A stretch of 64,000 bases of DNA from Octopus sinensis. Lineage: Eukaryota. The stretch covers positions 40,486,001-40,550,000 of the forward strand of contig NC_043002.1 of NCBI RefSeq assembly GCF_006345805.1, written 5' to 3'. Shown here in pieces: positions 39,178-54,345 of this stretch. Below the pieces are notes generated by a model that worked only from the letters and a program-made list of their open reading frames with translations, had not been told where the DNA came from and made no database searches. The first letter of the stretch is position 1. Each line of letters begins with the position of its first letter. A program made the translations under genes and the position numbers.

Positions 39178-42100
39178 CCAGTACCGCTGCCATAGTCTCC
39201 TTTAGAGAGACTTAGAAATATAAATATCTCTATTAATTAGAATGTTGATTGTTTTAATTCAAACTCTGTGATAAAGAATTATAATTCTGTTGATTAGTGT
39301 TTTTGTAAGAATTATAGTGTCCTTTTTTTATGATATATTCTTGGGTTTATATTATTTTTATATATTGGTGGCTTGTTGTAGTACCAAGCATATGGCTTAG
39401 TTTGGAGAGTAATGAACTCTAGTAGTCCAATCAGTTCAAGATAACATTATTTGATGTCAAATATCATATGTGGCACCACTATGACACAATAGGTTAAAGG
39501 AGATAAAAGAAATATTATGTACATAAATACTGTAGAAAATACAGAAATAGTAATGGCATAAAAGTGCATTGGCAGTGCATCCTAAATAGAATAGATAACA
39601 ACAAAAGATACAGTATGGGGTGAGGCAGGGAGTTATACTTTACAGATAATATGACAATATGTAGAAGAGATATGTTTTATAGAACTGTCTAAATATTGCC
39701 AACAAACACAAAACTGATGTCAGTGTTGAAGAAGAATAGATAATGCAAGGTAGAAGATGTGTGGAAGGAATATGTTTTGTTACAGACCTGTCTAAACACT
39801 GCCAATATAGGAAAATAAACACTAGACCAGTGATGGTGATGACGAACACAAATATTGATTGATAATGTATAGATTATAGTATAGGTCTACTGTAAGATGT
39901 TTCACTGTCAGAACACCACTACATTAGACAGATAGAACATGAGATTAATTAAACAGTATGATATGGTAACAATCAAAATGTAAATAAGAGATTTTGAAAC
40001 ACTTTTTCATTGTTATTTTCATGGTAGTACAAATGGAATAGTGTTCATATGTTTGGACATATCTATATTAATAAAACAATTTTAGCCTTCTATTGAATCT
40101 ACACACACTCCTGTAGGATGGTTTATGGTGGAATAAAAGAAGGCAGATAAAATTCCTTGTGGTATTTAGTTACATCCCTTTATGTTATGTTTAGATCTCA
40201 CCAAGGTGGTTTTTACTTTAAATTTTTCTGGTGTTGACAAAATAAGCATCAGTCAATGGTCACATGACAATGCTAAAAATTTTAGTAGAGTAAGGTCATA
40301 CATAATATGTTCAAGTGCATTTGGAAGACAACCTTCCACTGTGGAAATAGTCCTGGGAGAAAATTCTCTTCTTAGACCTGTGTGAAAACACATACTGGAC
40401 TGTGAATGATATTGGATCATGAGACACATGTGTTTCTGACCTTTCACTTTATCACCTATGAACATCAAATCTGTTTTTCATGGCTTGATAAGAGCAAATT
40501 CATTCTTACTAGAACAGAATATGGTACATATGCTGATATGCAGAGGGTTTGGTCAAGCAATAATTAAATAAATAGTCACATGAAGCAGTGTTGAATGAAT
40601 AAAATATATTTGTGTAAAGTTATATCTAACACATTTAGATATGAGAAGGCCTTACACTGTGGAAATAGCCCTGGGGATGCTTTCACTTGACCATAGTGTA
40701 GGAATGGTATCAACTGTCAGTGAAACAGAGGCAAGCAAGGTAATTGCGGTTCTCTCAGTGTGACAATAGCTGTAGCTTATGATTATGTGGTTAGAATTTT
40801 ATTATCTTACTTCCAGAGATACTATAATTCAGTGTAACTAGTTTTTGTCACATTAACTAGCATCATCAACCCTATTTGCTACAATCCTAGCAATAACATC
40901 TGTTATTATGTCTTGATATTCCTCCCATCAAAATTTCAAGCTAATTTATGTTTCAAACAACAACTTAATAATAAAGTTATTTTAATGCATTCTTCCACAT
41001 TTTCAAATTTAATTGAAATAATGACTACATTTTAACAGAAATATGGTAACAAAAGGGTTAATGGAAATTTGTCCTTATAAAAAGTCAGAAATATTTTTCT
41101 TCAAAATATGAAGACGTTGCAAATGGGAGAGGTTGACTATATCAATAAAATAAATTAGAAATTACAGTTATGCAATCCTATTAAATATTTTAGACATCAG
41201 TAGAAATTTTTAAAAAATCCTGTAAAAACATTTGTTTTTAACAGCAAGAAATATGTGTAACCCTTTTGTCACTAATCCACCAGAAGACTGGTTCTATGAT
41301 ACAAACATCCTATTTTAAAATGACTTAGATTAAATCTTTTATCAAAATTTCATATTGATTTATGTTCCAAGCAATAGCTTGACAATGACAGCATTTTTAC
41401 AAAAATTTCCATTGTTTTCAAAATATAAGTGGAACAAAAGAAATGTATTTCAACAGAAATATGGTAACAAAAAGATTAAGAAATGACAATGAGCATTGTT
41501 GACACAGCTGATAGAAATATTTTCATTCCATAAAAAATTTCTGAACTTGCAGCAGTGTAAAGAAACCATGGAGAATCTGTGGTAACTAGTGAAAAACACA
41601 AAATTTTGAAGAAGCACAGAGTAGGTGATGTGAACTAGTAAAGTAAGGTATAAATCAGTTGAGAAAGTGACCAAGAATTAAATACATAGAAGATAAAATT
41701 TATGCATTGGTACTGGTGAGGAGATATGAGGAGAGTTAATAATCCTTTCTACTAAGGCACAAGGCCTGAAATTTTGGGAGAGGGACTAGTTGATTACACT
41801 GACACCAGTATTTCACTGGTACTTAATTTATAGACCCTGAAAGGATGAAAGGCAAAGTTGACTTCAGTGGAATTTGAACTCAGACTGTAAAGACAGATGA
41901 AATACTGCTAAGTATTTTGCCTGGTATGCTAATGATTCTGCCAGCTCGCTGCCTTAGAGGAGAGTTAATAATGTGTTTTGAGATGATAAAGTATTACTTA
42001 GCTTCAGCAAACACAATAGCTGGAACAAAGTCAAGACAAGCTAGATACAGAATGTGCCAATTATGTGAGACCGTTAGAATAAATGTGGACAAAGTTATAG

Positions 42101-42574
42101 CAGTTAAGGATTTAAACTGTTTTCAACCTGTCCACAACTAATGTCAGCATTCATAAGAATGTACTTTGGCTTTAGCTATGCAGATACAGTAAAAGAAAAG
42201 TGCTGGAATTATCAAAGAATAATGGGAAATAAGTGAATGATTGAAGAAAATAAAAATATTTCTAATATTTAAGTAATGTTAAGGTGGGTGCATTTTGTTA
42301 GCACATGAGCCAAAATGCTTAGTAACATTTTGTCTGACTTTATGGTTTGAGTTCAAATTCTGCCTAGGTTGACTTTGCTTTGCCTTTCAACCTTTTGAGG
42401 TCAATAAAATAATTACCTGCTGAGTACTGGGGTCAATGTAATTGACTTACTCACTCCCCCGAATTTGCAGGCCTTGTACCAAAATTTGAAACTGATATTT
42501 AAATAATGTTATCAAGAAAGTAACTTTGTTGCTCAGCATGGGGATGATCAGTATGAACAAGTTAAAAAGATATA

Positions 42575-43720
42575 ACTCCATGTTAGTGAGACATGGGCTC
42601 TGAATGCAGAAGACATGTGTAGACTGGAGAGAAAGGAAGGTAGTATGCTCTGTTGGGTATGCAATGTCAGTGTGCATGTACAACAAAGTGCAAATGTATT
42701 GAGAGAAAAGTTGGGCATAAGAGGAATCAAATGTAGCATGCAAGAGAGAAGACTAAGTTGGTTTGGATATGAGATGTGTCTGAATGAGGACAGCTGCATA
42801 AAGAAGTGCCGATCACTGAAAGTAGAGGGTACCTGCAGAAGAGGGAGACCCAGGAAGATGTGGGATGAGGTGGTAAGGTCCAATCTCAGGATGTTGGGCC
42901 TCACAGAGAAAATGACACTGGACTGAGATGTCTGGTGATATGAAGTACTTGAGAAGACCTGCCCACATCAGCAAAACTGATTTCTAGAAGTGTCTCACCT
43001 ACACATAACAAAAAAACTTCTCACACACTCTACCACAACAAACCAAACTACATCTTTTCTCTTCCCCACATTTCCATGTCAAGTACTAGGTTTACCTCCC
43101 ACTCCTCAATCCTGTCTCTTGGCCCTCTGCCACTGTATCATTGCCATCCACTAGCTTCCAACTGCATGTTCCACCCACACCCTGTCTCACTGTATCATTG
43201 CATATGCCTGGCACTTTGCCACCATCTCTATCCTGCTGTCTGTCTCTCTCCTTCTCCTTCACTTCCCTCAGGTTGGGTAACCATGTATTTCCTTTGCAGC
43301 AGCGCACCTGTCTCTGTCTTCATTTCTGCTCTCTCTCTCTCTCTCTCTCCTCAGCTGGGTAACCTTGTACCTCCTATACAGCAAGACCCCTGTTTCCATC
43401 TCTCTGCCTCACTATAACTTTTCATCATCTGACACAAGATCACCTCCTCCAATGCTCTCTTGCCCCTCGAAAGAGCTTTTTTCTCTTTATCTTGCAAGTA
43501 CTTAGTGACCCTGTCTGCAGGTGCAGGTGCCAACTAAAAAGCATTAAGTTCACTCTGCTGAGTGGTTAGTGTTAGGAAGGGCATCTAGCTGTAAAAATCC
43601 TGCCAAAACAGTTACAGAAGTCTGGTGCAGGCTTCTACCTGGCAGGTTCTTGTCAAACCATCCCACCCATACCAGCATGGAAGGCGGACGTTAAATGATG
43701 ATGATAATGAGGATGAATGA
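42575..43720 (+). mobile_element. RTE-clade LINE, 3' fragment
   Basis: EDMCRLERKEGSMLCW...QERRLSWFG...VEGTCRRGRPRKMWDEVV (RTE ORF C-terminus), then a 3' UTR ending ggaaggcggacgttaaa(tga)n. Confidence 0.88.
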
Positions 43721-44040
43721 ACCTAAGTTATAATCAAAGTTAAAATCTAAGTTAAAATCAAAGCTGTAAATAATCAGAGTCACAAAATTGACAGATGTAA
43801 TCTTCCACACATACTTGGTGCATTACAATGTTTCAACATCTTAACAATAGCAATGGTTAAATAGTATAATTTAAGTTGTGGTAGCATTAATAGTTAAACT
43901 TTTAGTAGGTTAATTTTTGAAATTTTATTAATGTTCTTATTCTATTATAGGACATGGTTATAAATTGAGATAATCTTGCAAAGCATGCATAAGTATTGCC
44001 AAAGTACTGTGGAAGACTAGTAGAAAAAATTGCTTAATAC

Positions 44041-44391
44041 CAGTGATTCTCAACCAGGGCTCATATGGCCCCTGAAGGTTCATATAAGATTTTTGGGGGT
44101 CCATGCAACGAAATAGTAAATTGGGGATCCACAACAGTACTTTAAGGGCCCCTGAAAAAATTTTGCTTTAGATGTATGTTTTGGTAAGTATTGCAAGAAA
44201 CAGCTTGGTTTCCTTCTCTAACATTTTACATAGTTCAACTTACACAAGTTAATGTGTGAAAAATAAAATAGGAATTTTGAAAGAAGTATCTGTGAAACTA
44301 GTTTTAAAATATTGAATGGCTATGGGGGTCCACCAGAATAAAATAATAATCAAAAATGTCCACAGATAAAAAAATGGTTGAAACCCCACCG
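44041..44391. mobile_element. hAT-type MITE
   Basis: CAGTGATTCTCAACC ... GGTTGAAACCCCACCG; 8-bp TSD CTTAATAC / CTTTATAC (7/8 match). Confidence 0.8.
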
Positions 44392-44973
44392 CTTTATACT
44401 ATCTAATTTGGACTTAGTTTGTATTTTGCAAATGTTGATCTAATATTTCATGACAAAACAAGGATCAACTGAACTGAATGTGTTATTATTCATCCCTTAA
44501 ATAAAAAAGCAACAACAAAAAAAACCCAATCTAATACTTTAAGAATAATTAATTAAATAGGCGGTCTTCTGAGATTCTTTCCATATTTATAAACCTAAAT
44601 ATATCCTCATGCATGTGTATGTGTACGTACGTATGTATGTATGTATATAGATATAATATCCTCTACTAAACATTAAATACATATATAATTATACACATAC
44701 ACATATGATACATGTGCCTCTGATACATTTTTATGAATACAGATATACAACTACATATATGAATACACTAGACACACACACATACATACATGAATGGACA
44801 GACAGATATATAAACAGTCAAATGCATATTCAGAAATGTACTGATTTGTAAATTTGTATGTGGCCTTTCAAATGCACATGTGTGTGTGTGTGTGTGTATG
44901 TGTGTGTGAGTGTTTGTGTGCACATAATCTCGTGCAGACATTTAACACACACACAAACACATACACACATATA

Positions 44974-45013
<40 letters not shown>

Positions 45014-47419
45014 TATTGGGAAGACATTAGTTCAGAATAAAAATGCATAAAGAATGAAAGTACATTAAAAGACATCTTTGCTAAAGTGCCAAGCCCATTA
45101 AAAAAAAAAAAAAGAATAAAGAAGTAGCTATTACTTTTGCTTTTCTCTGCTGTTTGATGTGGGTTATTTATTTATCCAAAGAGCTGGAATATCGATCTTA
45201 ACTTAAATGGTTCTGCCAATAAGGAGGCTGAAATTTAACTAGTGTAATGAGATGGTGGTGGTGGTGGTGGGGAAACATTATAACCTTTAGATTGAAATGA
45301 ACAGAACATGGTTTGTATATGATGATGATGATGATGATAGCTGACAGGTTTCCAACATATCATTTAAATTAGGTAAGCCACTTTTTGATTTGGTTGATTT
45401 GTTGAGAAACTATCCTATCAAACAATGACATATACCAAGACACATCAATATCACGCTTGATACCATTTAAAATATCCACAATGCTCTATCAGTTTCCTTT
45501 GCTTACCATTTTGTGATAATATGCAAATGTTCAAATTTTCCACCAAGAAAAAAAAGCAAAGGAAAGAAATTAGAATATGATAAAAGCAAATCTGTTAGAA
45601 TTACTGAGTATTTTAAAAGAAATTAAATATCTTTATAGCTGGAGCTATTACATTTTTAGCATAGTTGAATATTCTGATCTAAAATTTAAAACAAAAAAGT
45701 AATTTATAACAAGAAGTAATATATAACAAAAATATATAATGAGAATCATTTCTAGTTTAGTAATTACCATAATGTTGTCAAAACTTTGGAAAAGTTCTTC
45801 AGTAAAGTTCAGTTTATTTTTAGACATTACTGTTTAATTACAAATGCACTATTAAGTCTCATGTCATAATACATACCAAATAGTTGAGTTGGTGACAGAA
45901 GGAATGTATAACTACCTTTATTTAGTTTGGTACCTAATGTTAGGATTAGCTTTTATCTTTTACTTGTTTCAGTCATTGGATTACAGCCATGCTGGAGCAC
46001 CACCTTAAAATGATTTTTCATCAAAAAAATCTAGCTCGATACTTAATATTTAAGTTAGGTATATATTTTGTTGTTCTCTGATGTTAAGTCACAGGACCTT
46101 AAACAAACAAACAAACAAACACACAAATGTATATAAAGTGTGTTTGTGTGTGTTTGTTTATATCTCTGTAACCTAGCTGTTCAGTATCAGAGACCAGGCG
46201 TGGCTGTGAGGTAAGAAGGTTGCTTCCTAACCACATGGTTTTGGGTTCAGTTCCACAGCATAAGCACTTTGGGCAAATGTCTTCTACTATAAACTTGGGC
46301 TGACCAAAGCCTTGTACGTGGATTTGGTAGACAGAAAGCAGCCCACTGAATATATGTGTATGTGTGTGTGTGTTCCTTTATGTCCATGTTTGTCCCCCAC
46401 CATTGCTTGACAACTGGTGTTGGTGTGTTTACAACCCTGTAACTTAGACAATTGGCAAAAAAAAATATGATAGAATAAGTAGTAGGCTTATAAAAAAATA
46501 AAAAGTTCTTCATGGCAGTGCCCCAGCACCAAACACCCAGCAGAGTGGACTGAGTGCTTTTTCCATGGCATGAGCACAAGTGAGATCAGTTTTGGAATGG
46601 TTTTTACAGCTGAATGCCCTTCCAAATGCCAATCACTTAACAGTCGGACTGGATGCTTTTTATCTACCAAATTTACTCACAAGGTATTGTTTAGCCTAGG
46701 GCTATATAGTAGAAGACACTTGCTCAAGGTGCCATACAGTAGCACTTAACCGGAGATCATGTAGTTGCAAAGCAAGATTCTTATCTACACAGCAATACCT
46801 GGGAATTGCATTTGAAGAGGACGCTTGCCATGGCAAAGTGGTGCTCATTCATAGAGTGTGTGTGAGTGTGCACATGCATGTGTGTGTACACTACAGCCTG
46901 AGATTGAAGGCATACCCAAAAGCACGATCTCTATGTTTCTGGCATTAATGAAAAAGAGAGGCAAGATGCAGCCAGGGAGAAATTAGGAGAGAAGCTCTCT
47001 CAGATGTAAACTGATATCTACTGGAATTTAAATAATGTTTAGTTTAAGAAATGAAACAAGTTGCAACATCAACAGTAGTAAGATCACCATTAACACCAAT
47101 ATGGGACAATTAACCTATTAAGGAAATAGCAGTGAAATATCCCTTAAATCTCACTGATTCAGGAAATGGCAGTACACTTTAGGTAATGCATCCAAGACAT
47201 AGTTTTGAAAAGATGGGATGGTCATAGCTAGGAATGCTTTTCATCCTAAATCTGCTCAATCAAGGTTGATCTAGGGAACAAGAGCCCTCAAATGAATGGG
47301 CATGGGTAGTAATATTGAAGGAGGAAGCTTTGTGCCAGGTGATGAGCAGCTAGGGTATCATAGAGGGACAGAAATAGGTGCCTTGCAGCAGAGGAGATAC
47401 ATGGTGACCCCAATTAGAA

Positions 47420-47452
<33 letters not shown>

Positions 47453-48822
47453 AGGTGGTGAAGAAGATGTGTCAAAGTATAATTTCAAGTTACAAGGAGG
47501 TACATATAAGTGAATCCTAAAAGAAGGTTAACAATATGAAGGAACTACTGGGTTGAATATACATATATTTAATTCTTTATTGTCCACAAGGGGCTAAACA
47601 TAGAGGGGACAAACAAGGACAGACAAATGGATTAAGTTGATTACATCGACCCCAGTGCGTAACTGGTACTTATTTAATCGACCCCAAAAGGATGAAAGGC
47701 AAAGTTAACTTTGGTGGAATTTGAACTCAGAATGTAGTGGTAGACAAAATACCATTAAGCATTTCGCCCGGTGTGCTAACAATTCTATCAGCTTGCTGCC
47801 TTCTGGCAAATATACATATATTATGGGTTCAATATACATATATTATTAAGGTAAGGTGGCAAGCTGGCGGAATCGTTAGCATGCCGGGCAAAATGCTTAG
47901 TGGTATTTTGTCTGCTGTTATGTTCATTCTGCCGCGGTCGACTCTGCCTTTCATCCTTTTGGAGTTGATATATTAAGTACCACTGAAACACTGGGCTTGA
48001 TGTAATTGACTTAACCCTCCTCCCCACTGCAAAATTTCAAGTTTTGTGCCTTCAGTAGAAAGGGTTATTAATTAAGATGATACAGGAAAAATTACGAGAA
48101 ATTCAGGATGTTTCATCTCTGTCTTTAACTGGTAAATAATGAAGCAAGAATACTTGTAAGCAAGGAATTTGTATGAAGTATGGTTTGAAATGCATTGTTA
48201 AACTTACCATAGATCTGTTTATACCTATTTCTATGAGCAATGTAGGTTCCAAAATAAAAACCCATATTTTCTTTTTAATCAAAAGTATCAAAAAATATCT
48301 AAATATCAAAATTAGGTTTCAAAGTCCTTAAAATATATTTATTTCTGATCACATTTTATAATCAATGTCACAGCTAATTTTTCTGTAATTTTAAAGTCTG
48401 TACATTATTTTAATGATTTTAGAGACAACATTCCAATTCTTTTCAGTATTTATATTTTATATGACTTCACCATTCATTGAGTATTCTACACTTGAAATAA
48501 TTTACATCTGGACTTTTATTTTCTTAATCAATATCGATCTCTAGTGCCTTCTTTATATGTATGTATGTGTTTATCTTTCTGAATATATGTGGATATATGT
48601 GTGTGTGTATGTGTGTGTGCACATGTATATTTATATGTGTCAAGCCTAATTGTGTTTACCTGCATTGTATTTCCATATCAGCTTATCTTGGATCTCTTTT
48701 ATAGCCCTTTTGATGCCATGGACCAAGTCCTGGATGAAGAATTCAGAGCTAAAGACCAAAATCATTTGAGCACTATTATGTGTTTTCTATACTGAGCATA
48801 TCTAGCTCTCTCCTATTTTCTG

Positions 48823-48853
<31 letters not shown>

Positions 48854-49744
48854 AATGCCCTCTATATATAAAATATATATATATATATATTTTCACACAT
48901 GTATGTTAATCTTTTTTTTCTTTCAATCATGGGACAGTGCCATACAGAGTTTGAAGAGTTTTAAATAAACAAAGCCTTGTGAGAGAATTTGGTAGACAGT
49001 AATTGAAAAAAAGCCCATCATATATGCATGTAGTGTATGCATGCAGACCTTTTTTATAACATTTGGCTAAAAGAAATATAGCACATTATATTCTCTCTGC
49101 TTTGATAAAACTATTATAATAATAAATTTAAAAACAAACAAAACATATCCCCTCTAAGATATTTTCTGAAAGTCAAATTGCAATTATTCTAAAGTATAAT
49201 TTAACTCTCTTAATTTGAATATGATATGAAGTTTCCTCAGAATGATAAAAAATAAACAGTAAAAACAAATGGAAAATGAAAAAAGATAAACCAAAAATCA
49301 AAAATATAAAAATCATCTATTACTAAAATCTCAAAAACAAAATGAAAGAAAATGGTCCAAATTAAGAAATCTCACAAACATAATTTGGAGAAAATTTTCA
49401 ATGAACGAAAATTAGAAATAAATTATTGCCCTCAAGTACTTTCAATTTCCTTGCTCTGACAAAAGCATTTAAGATATTAGTGACAAATTACTCAGTGTTT
49501 GCAGACCAAATCCATTTTGATTACTTCATTTTAGATTGATAGCAAATGAAAGACAGTATTGTACTCATAAGAAAGCAACACTAATATTGATGCTAAGAGA
49601 ACATTAGGAATGGAGTATTTGTAACAGTACAATATCACTGATTTCTGCGAATAAAACAAAATAAAAGGCAGAGAAAGAAGGGAATTTGGGTTATAAAAGT
49701 AATATATTTGTTTATATTTATGTATGCATGCATACAAACATAAT

Positions 49745-49794
<50 letters not shown>

Positions 49795-50317
49795 ATAAAC
49801 TATGTGTATATGGTATCTTTCTCTAGTTATTCTGTGAATTCTTCCTTTAAAGACAGAGCAGACTTATAACAAAGAAACATCATTCCAACACTGGAATTCA
49901 GACAACACTTTTTAAATAGTCTTGCATATTTTTACTGTTCCACTTACATATTTCATTTTCAAAGTGCATATTGAGATCTTTACCAAGTCAAATTCTCCAG
50001 GAAAATGTTTTTAATAAAATCGTAGAATTCTATTCACAAAGTTATAATTCAATAATAACAATGTTAGATGAAAAGTCTCCAGTTTTGTTAGTATGTTGTC
50101 TGATAATGTTAAATTAAAAGGTCTATAGTTTTGTTGGAATGTTGTTCAATTTTTTTCATAATATAATTTTTACTTAAACTGATTAGAACCATAATTTGGA
50201 AATGATTTGCATACTTCCTTTCAAGTGGAAAGAAGAGACCTCAAGTTATCAACCTATCTTTTACCAGAAACTCAACCATTGCAACTATCAATAAAAAGTA
50301 GATCTGATGTACAAGCC

Positions 50318-51847
50318 ATGTGCAGGGATGCTGCCAGTAAGGTGAGGGTTGGCAATGAGTATAGTGAAGCATTCCAGATAGTAGTGGTTCACCAAGGATC
50401 AGTCCTCAGCCCCCTCTTGTTCATCATAGTCCTCCAGACAATAACAGATGAATTCAAGACAAGCTGCTCCTGTGAGCTCCTCTATGCTGATGACCTTGCT
50501 CTAATAGCTGAGTCACTACCAGATCTAGAGAAGATGCTTCAGGTGTGGAAGCAAGATCTAGAATAGAACAGCCTTAGAGTCAATCTAGCAAAAACCAAAG
50601 TCTTAGTAAGTAGAAAGGAAGACAAATCACAGATCCCTTCAGGTAGATGGTCCTGATCAATCTGTAGAAAAAGATGTACTCAGAAACATAACTATGGACA
50701 CATAAGAGGTGCAGCAATATCAAAGGAAGGTTAACCAGGAAGATAGTTTTTGTGTTTGGCAGATGCACAGGGGCAATAAACACTGAAGATGTACAGAAAA
50801 CAGATTCTATTACATGCCTGGGGGAAAAATAGAAGTAGTTGATAACTTCCGTTACCTAGGTGAGCAAGTCAGTAGCTGGTGTGGATGCTCTGAGAGCGTA
50901 GCTTCTAGAATAATAATTATTGTTGGTAAGAAAAGGCCTCTCACTCAGCGTAAAAGGTAGACTGTATGATGCATGTGTATAAACAGTCATGCCACATGGC
51001 AGTGAAACAAGGTCTGTGACTGCTGAGGACATGTGTAGGCTTGAAAGAAAGGAAGCTAGTGTGCTCTGCTGGATGTGTAATGTCAGTGTGCATACACAAC
51101 AGAGTGTAAGCACCCTGAAAGGGAAGTTGGAGATAAGAAGCATCAGATGTGGAGTGCAAGAGAGACAAGTGCATTGGTATGGTCATGTGCTGCGTATGAA
51201 TGAGGACAGCTGTTTGAAGAAGTATTACACCCTAACAGTGGAAGGAACCTGTGGAAAAGGTAGGACCCAGGAAGACATGGGATGAGGTGGTGAAGCATGA
51301 CCTTTGAATGTTGGGCCTCACTGAGGTAATGACAAGTGACCAAGACCTTTGGAGATATGCTGTGCTTGAGAAGACCTGGCAAGCCAAGTGGGTGCGTAGC
51401 CATGGCTGATGCCAGTGTTGCATAACTGGCCTGTTTAAAAGTACCCTTCAATTGTCATGCAATATGCTGTGCTTGAGAAGACCTGTTGAGTCAAGTGAAA
51501 TCCTAGTTGTGGACGATGCTAGTGCTGCCTGGCTGGCACAGAAAAGCATCAATTGAGCGTAGCTGATGCCAGTGCTACCTGACCGGCTGTTGTGCTGGTA
51601 ACACATAAAAAGCACCATTCAAGCGTGGTCGATGCTAGTGCTGCCTGATTGGCTCCTGTGCTGGTAGCACATGAAAAGCACCCACTACACTCTTGGAGAT
51701 GTTGGTGTTAGGAAGGGCATCTAGCGGTAGAACAGATTGGAGCCTGGTGCATCTTCCTGGCTTGCTAGTCCTCAGTTAAACCATCCAACCCATGCTAGCA
51801 TGGAAAGCAGATGTTAAACGATGATAATGATGCTGATGATGATGATA
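50318..51847 (+). mobile_element. RTE-clade LINE, 5'-truncated, degenerate RT plus 3' UTR
   Basis: VHQGSVLSPLLFIIV...ELLYADDLALIAES (YADD at 50483-50494), the same C-terminus as the 42.6 kb copy, and a (GAT)n tail. UTR-only copies at about 28870-29220(+), 33220-33410(-), 55420-55640(-), 57655-57780(-). Confidence 0.92.
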
Positions 51848-53278
51848 TAGTCAAATTGAATATTAAAACTTGAACAAACAATTGAACATTAAAAACAGCT
51901 AAAAACAAAACAACAAGAGGATGGAATGTATTAGTTTAATGCTTTGGAAAAGTAGAATGAAGAGTAGGTTTTTAACATTTTGAGCATAGCTCTTCATCAG
52001 AAAGAAAAACATAAAAGTCCAGGGAATGAAAAATTTCACAAACAGCATGTTTGTAGTCATATGGTTATATATGTAAAGCTTCTGAAATTGTTATTATGAT
52101 TGACATGGTATAATGCTCAAAGAAAAGTCCTCAATAAATTATGCTGAGTAAATATATATTATTAGAGTATTAAGTTAACTGCTTCACCATTATCGGAAAC
52201 GCATACAATTTAAACAATATATATTCACATATGTGTGTCTATGTGCATGCATGCAAGGACATACATACTCATACATAACTGATAAGTCTATAACTAAGGA
52301 TGATGAAGCTGAAGGGAGATATACAGTTAAATGATGGTTTGCTTTTATTTTTATTATTATTAATGAAAATAAGAATAATTTATTAATAGGAGGGATGAAC
52401 ATTATTTTCTTCCTCTTTATGCTGTTTGTAATTAACAATTATGTAATAATCAATATATAAAGATATAAGCAGAGTCTAATAAATACGACATCAAAGAAGT
52501 TTAGACTTAACATGTTTCACATGTGGATTTCCCTCCTAATCAGTAGTAGAAGAGATGGTGTTGGTGTTGGTGGTGGTTGTAGTAGTACAGTTGTGTTAGA
52601 GTAGTTGGGTTAATTAAAGATTCCAGAAATGTCTCAGATTCACAACTAATATGAGACTGATAAAAAGTTGCTCATTTGTACTTATTGATTAAATAACATA
52701 GGTGCTGATGTGGGTATGTTGTTAAGAAGCTTGCTTCTTCTTCCTAACCATGTAGTTTCAGGTTCAGTTCCAGTGTGTAACACCATGGGCAAATGTCTTC
52801 TACTATAGCCCCAGGCTGACCAAAGCCTTGTGAATGTGTTTGGTAGACAGAAACTTAAAGATGTTCATTGTGTATGTGTGTGTGTACATATTATAAGTTA
52901 AAACAAATGGTATTTTTTATAATATAAGAATGTGGATAAAACTGATCAATTAAGCTTCTGGATTAATGAATCATTGTTTATTATATAAGAAAATAACAAA
53001 AATGGATTTGACTTCTGTCTGGTGCAAGGATACATCATCATCATTTAATGTTCTCTTTTCTATTCTTGCATGGGTTGGACAGAATTTGGTGAGATAAATT
53101 TTCTATGGTTGGATGCCCTTCCTGTTGCCAACTCTAATCTGTTTCCAAGTAAGATAATGATTACCCTAATCCAGACATGTTTTCATGGAAGATTGGAAAT
53201 GAAGGACATTGCATGCATGATGATGACACTCATTTACAACTATCATGAGATGTCAAGGAAAGGAGACAGATACATGGT

Positions 53279-53606
53279 GACCCCCTTCGGTCAGACACTG
53301 ACCATGGGTTTGCACTAGAGAGTTACCCTCTGAGGCACAAGTCTGGGCAAGGTTGTTTTATGGAAGACCAGCAGTCGCCCATGCATACCGGCCTCCCCTC
53401 TCCACGTCACCGATGTTCAAGGGAAAGGCAAGGGCCGATACAGCTTGGCACCTGTGACGTCGCAACTCATTTCTACAGCTGAGTGAACTGGAGCAACGTG
53501 AAATAAAGTGTCTTGCTCAAGAACACAACACGCAGCCCGGTCTGGGATTCGAGCTCACAACCTCACGATCGTAAGTTCGACGCTCTAACCACTGAGCCAC
53601 ATGCCT
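53279..53606 (-). mobile_element. SINE family C
   Basis: Reverse complement of 36328-36663. Confidence 0.82.
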
Positions 53607-53631
53607 AACCACTGAGCCACAGATACATACA

Positions 53632-53674
<43 letters not shown>

Positions 53675-54029
53675 CTATAGGCACAAGGCCAGAAATTTTG
53701 GAGAAGGGGACTAGTTGATTACATTGACACAAGTGCTCAACTGGTACTTGATTTACTGCCGCAAAAGGATGAAAGGCAAAGTTGAACTCAGAATGTAAAG
53801 ACAGACAAAGTGAAGGACATTGCTTGCAATGATGGTGACCTAAGCAGAATTTGAACCGAGAACATAAAGATGGACAAAATGCCTCTAAACATTTTGTTTG
53901 GCAAACTAATGATTCCACCTTATATAATGATGATGATGATGATGATAATAATAATAACAATAATTCAGTAGGGACAAAGAATGCCTACTAATCGATGTAG
54001 CAGTACCAGGAAATCAACATATCATGAAA

Positions 54030-54345
54030 GAAAGGGAAAAAATTGATAAATATGGAGACCCGAGAACTGAGATCACTAAGATGTGCAGCTGAGAGTTGAA
54101 CATAAAGGTTATCCCTATTGTCATTGGAGCATTGAGTTCAATACCATCCAATCTGCAAAAAACTTCTGAAAACCTAAGAGATACCCTACAATCTAGATGT
54201 ATTGCAAAAGTCGGCACTACTTGGAACAGCATGTATATTGCGCAAAGTACAGTCTGACTGAGGGCCTTGCTGTGACTTGACAAACAGTACAAACCCCCTG
54301 CAGATACAATATCCTCAACAACCTCATGATATTGTATACTGTGTG
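54030..54345 (+). mobile_element. RLE-type non-LTR retrotransposon 3' end
   Basis: EKIDKYGD.RTEITKM...KVIPIVIGALSSIP..., followed by a (CTA)n(TAA)n tail; same type as 30330-30960. Confidence 0.78.

Noticed and set aside
40337-40676. 22-bp direct repeat CACTGTGGAAATAG(T/C)CCTGGG resembling C2H2 zinc-finger linker codons
   Set aside because: No CxxC/HxxxH spacing in any frame, and only two copies, so neither a ZNF remnant nor a CRISPR array is supported.
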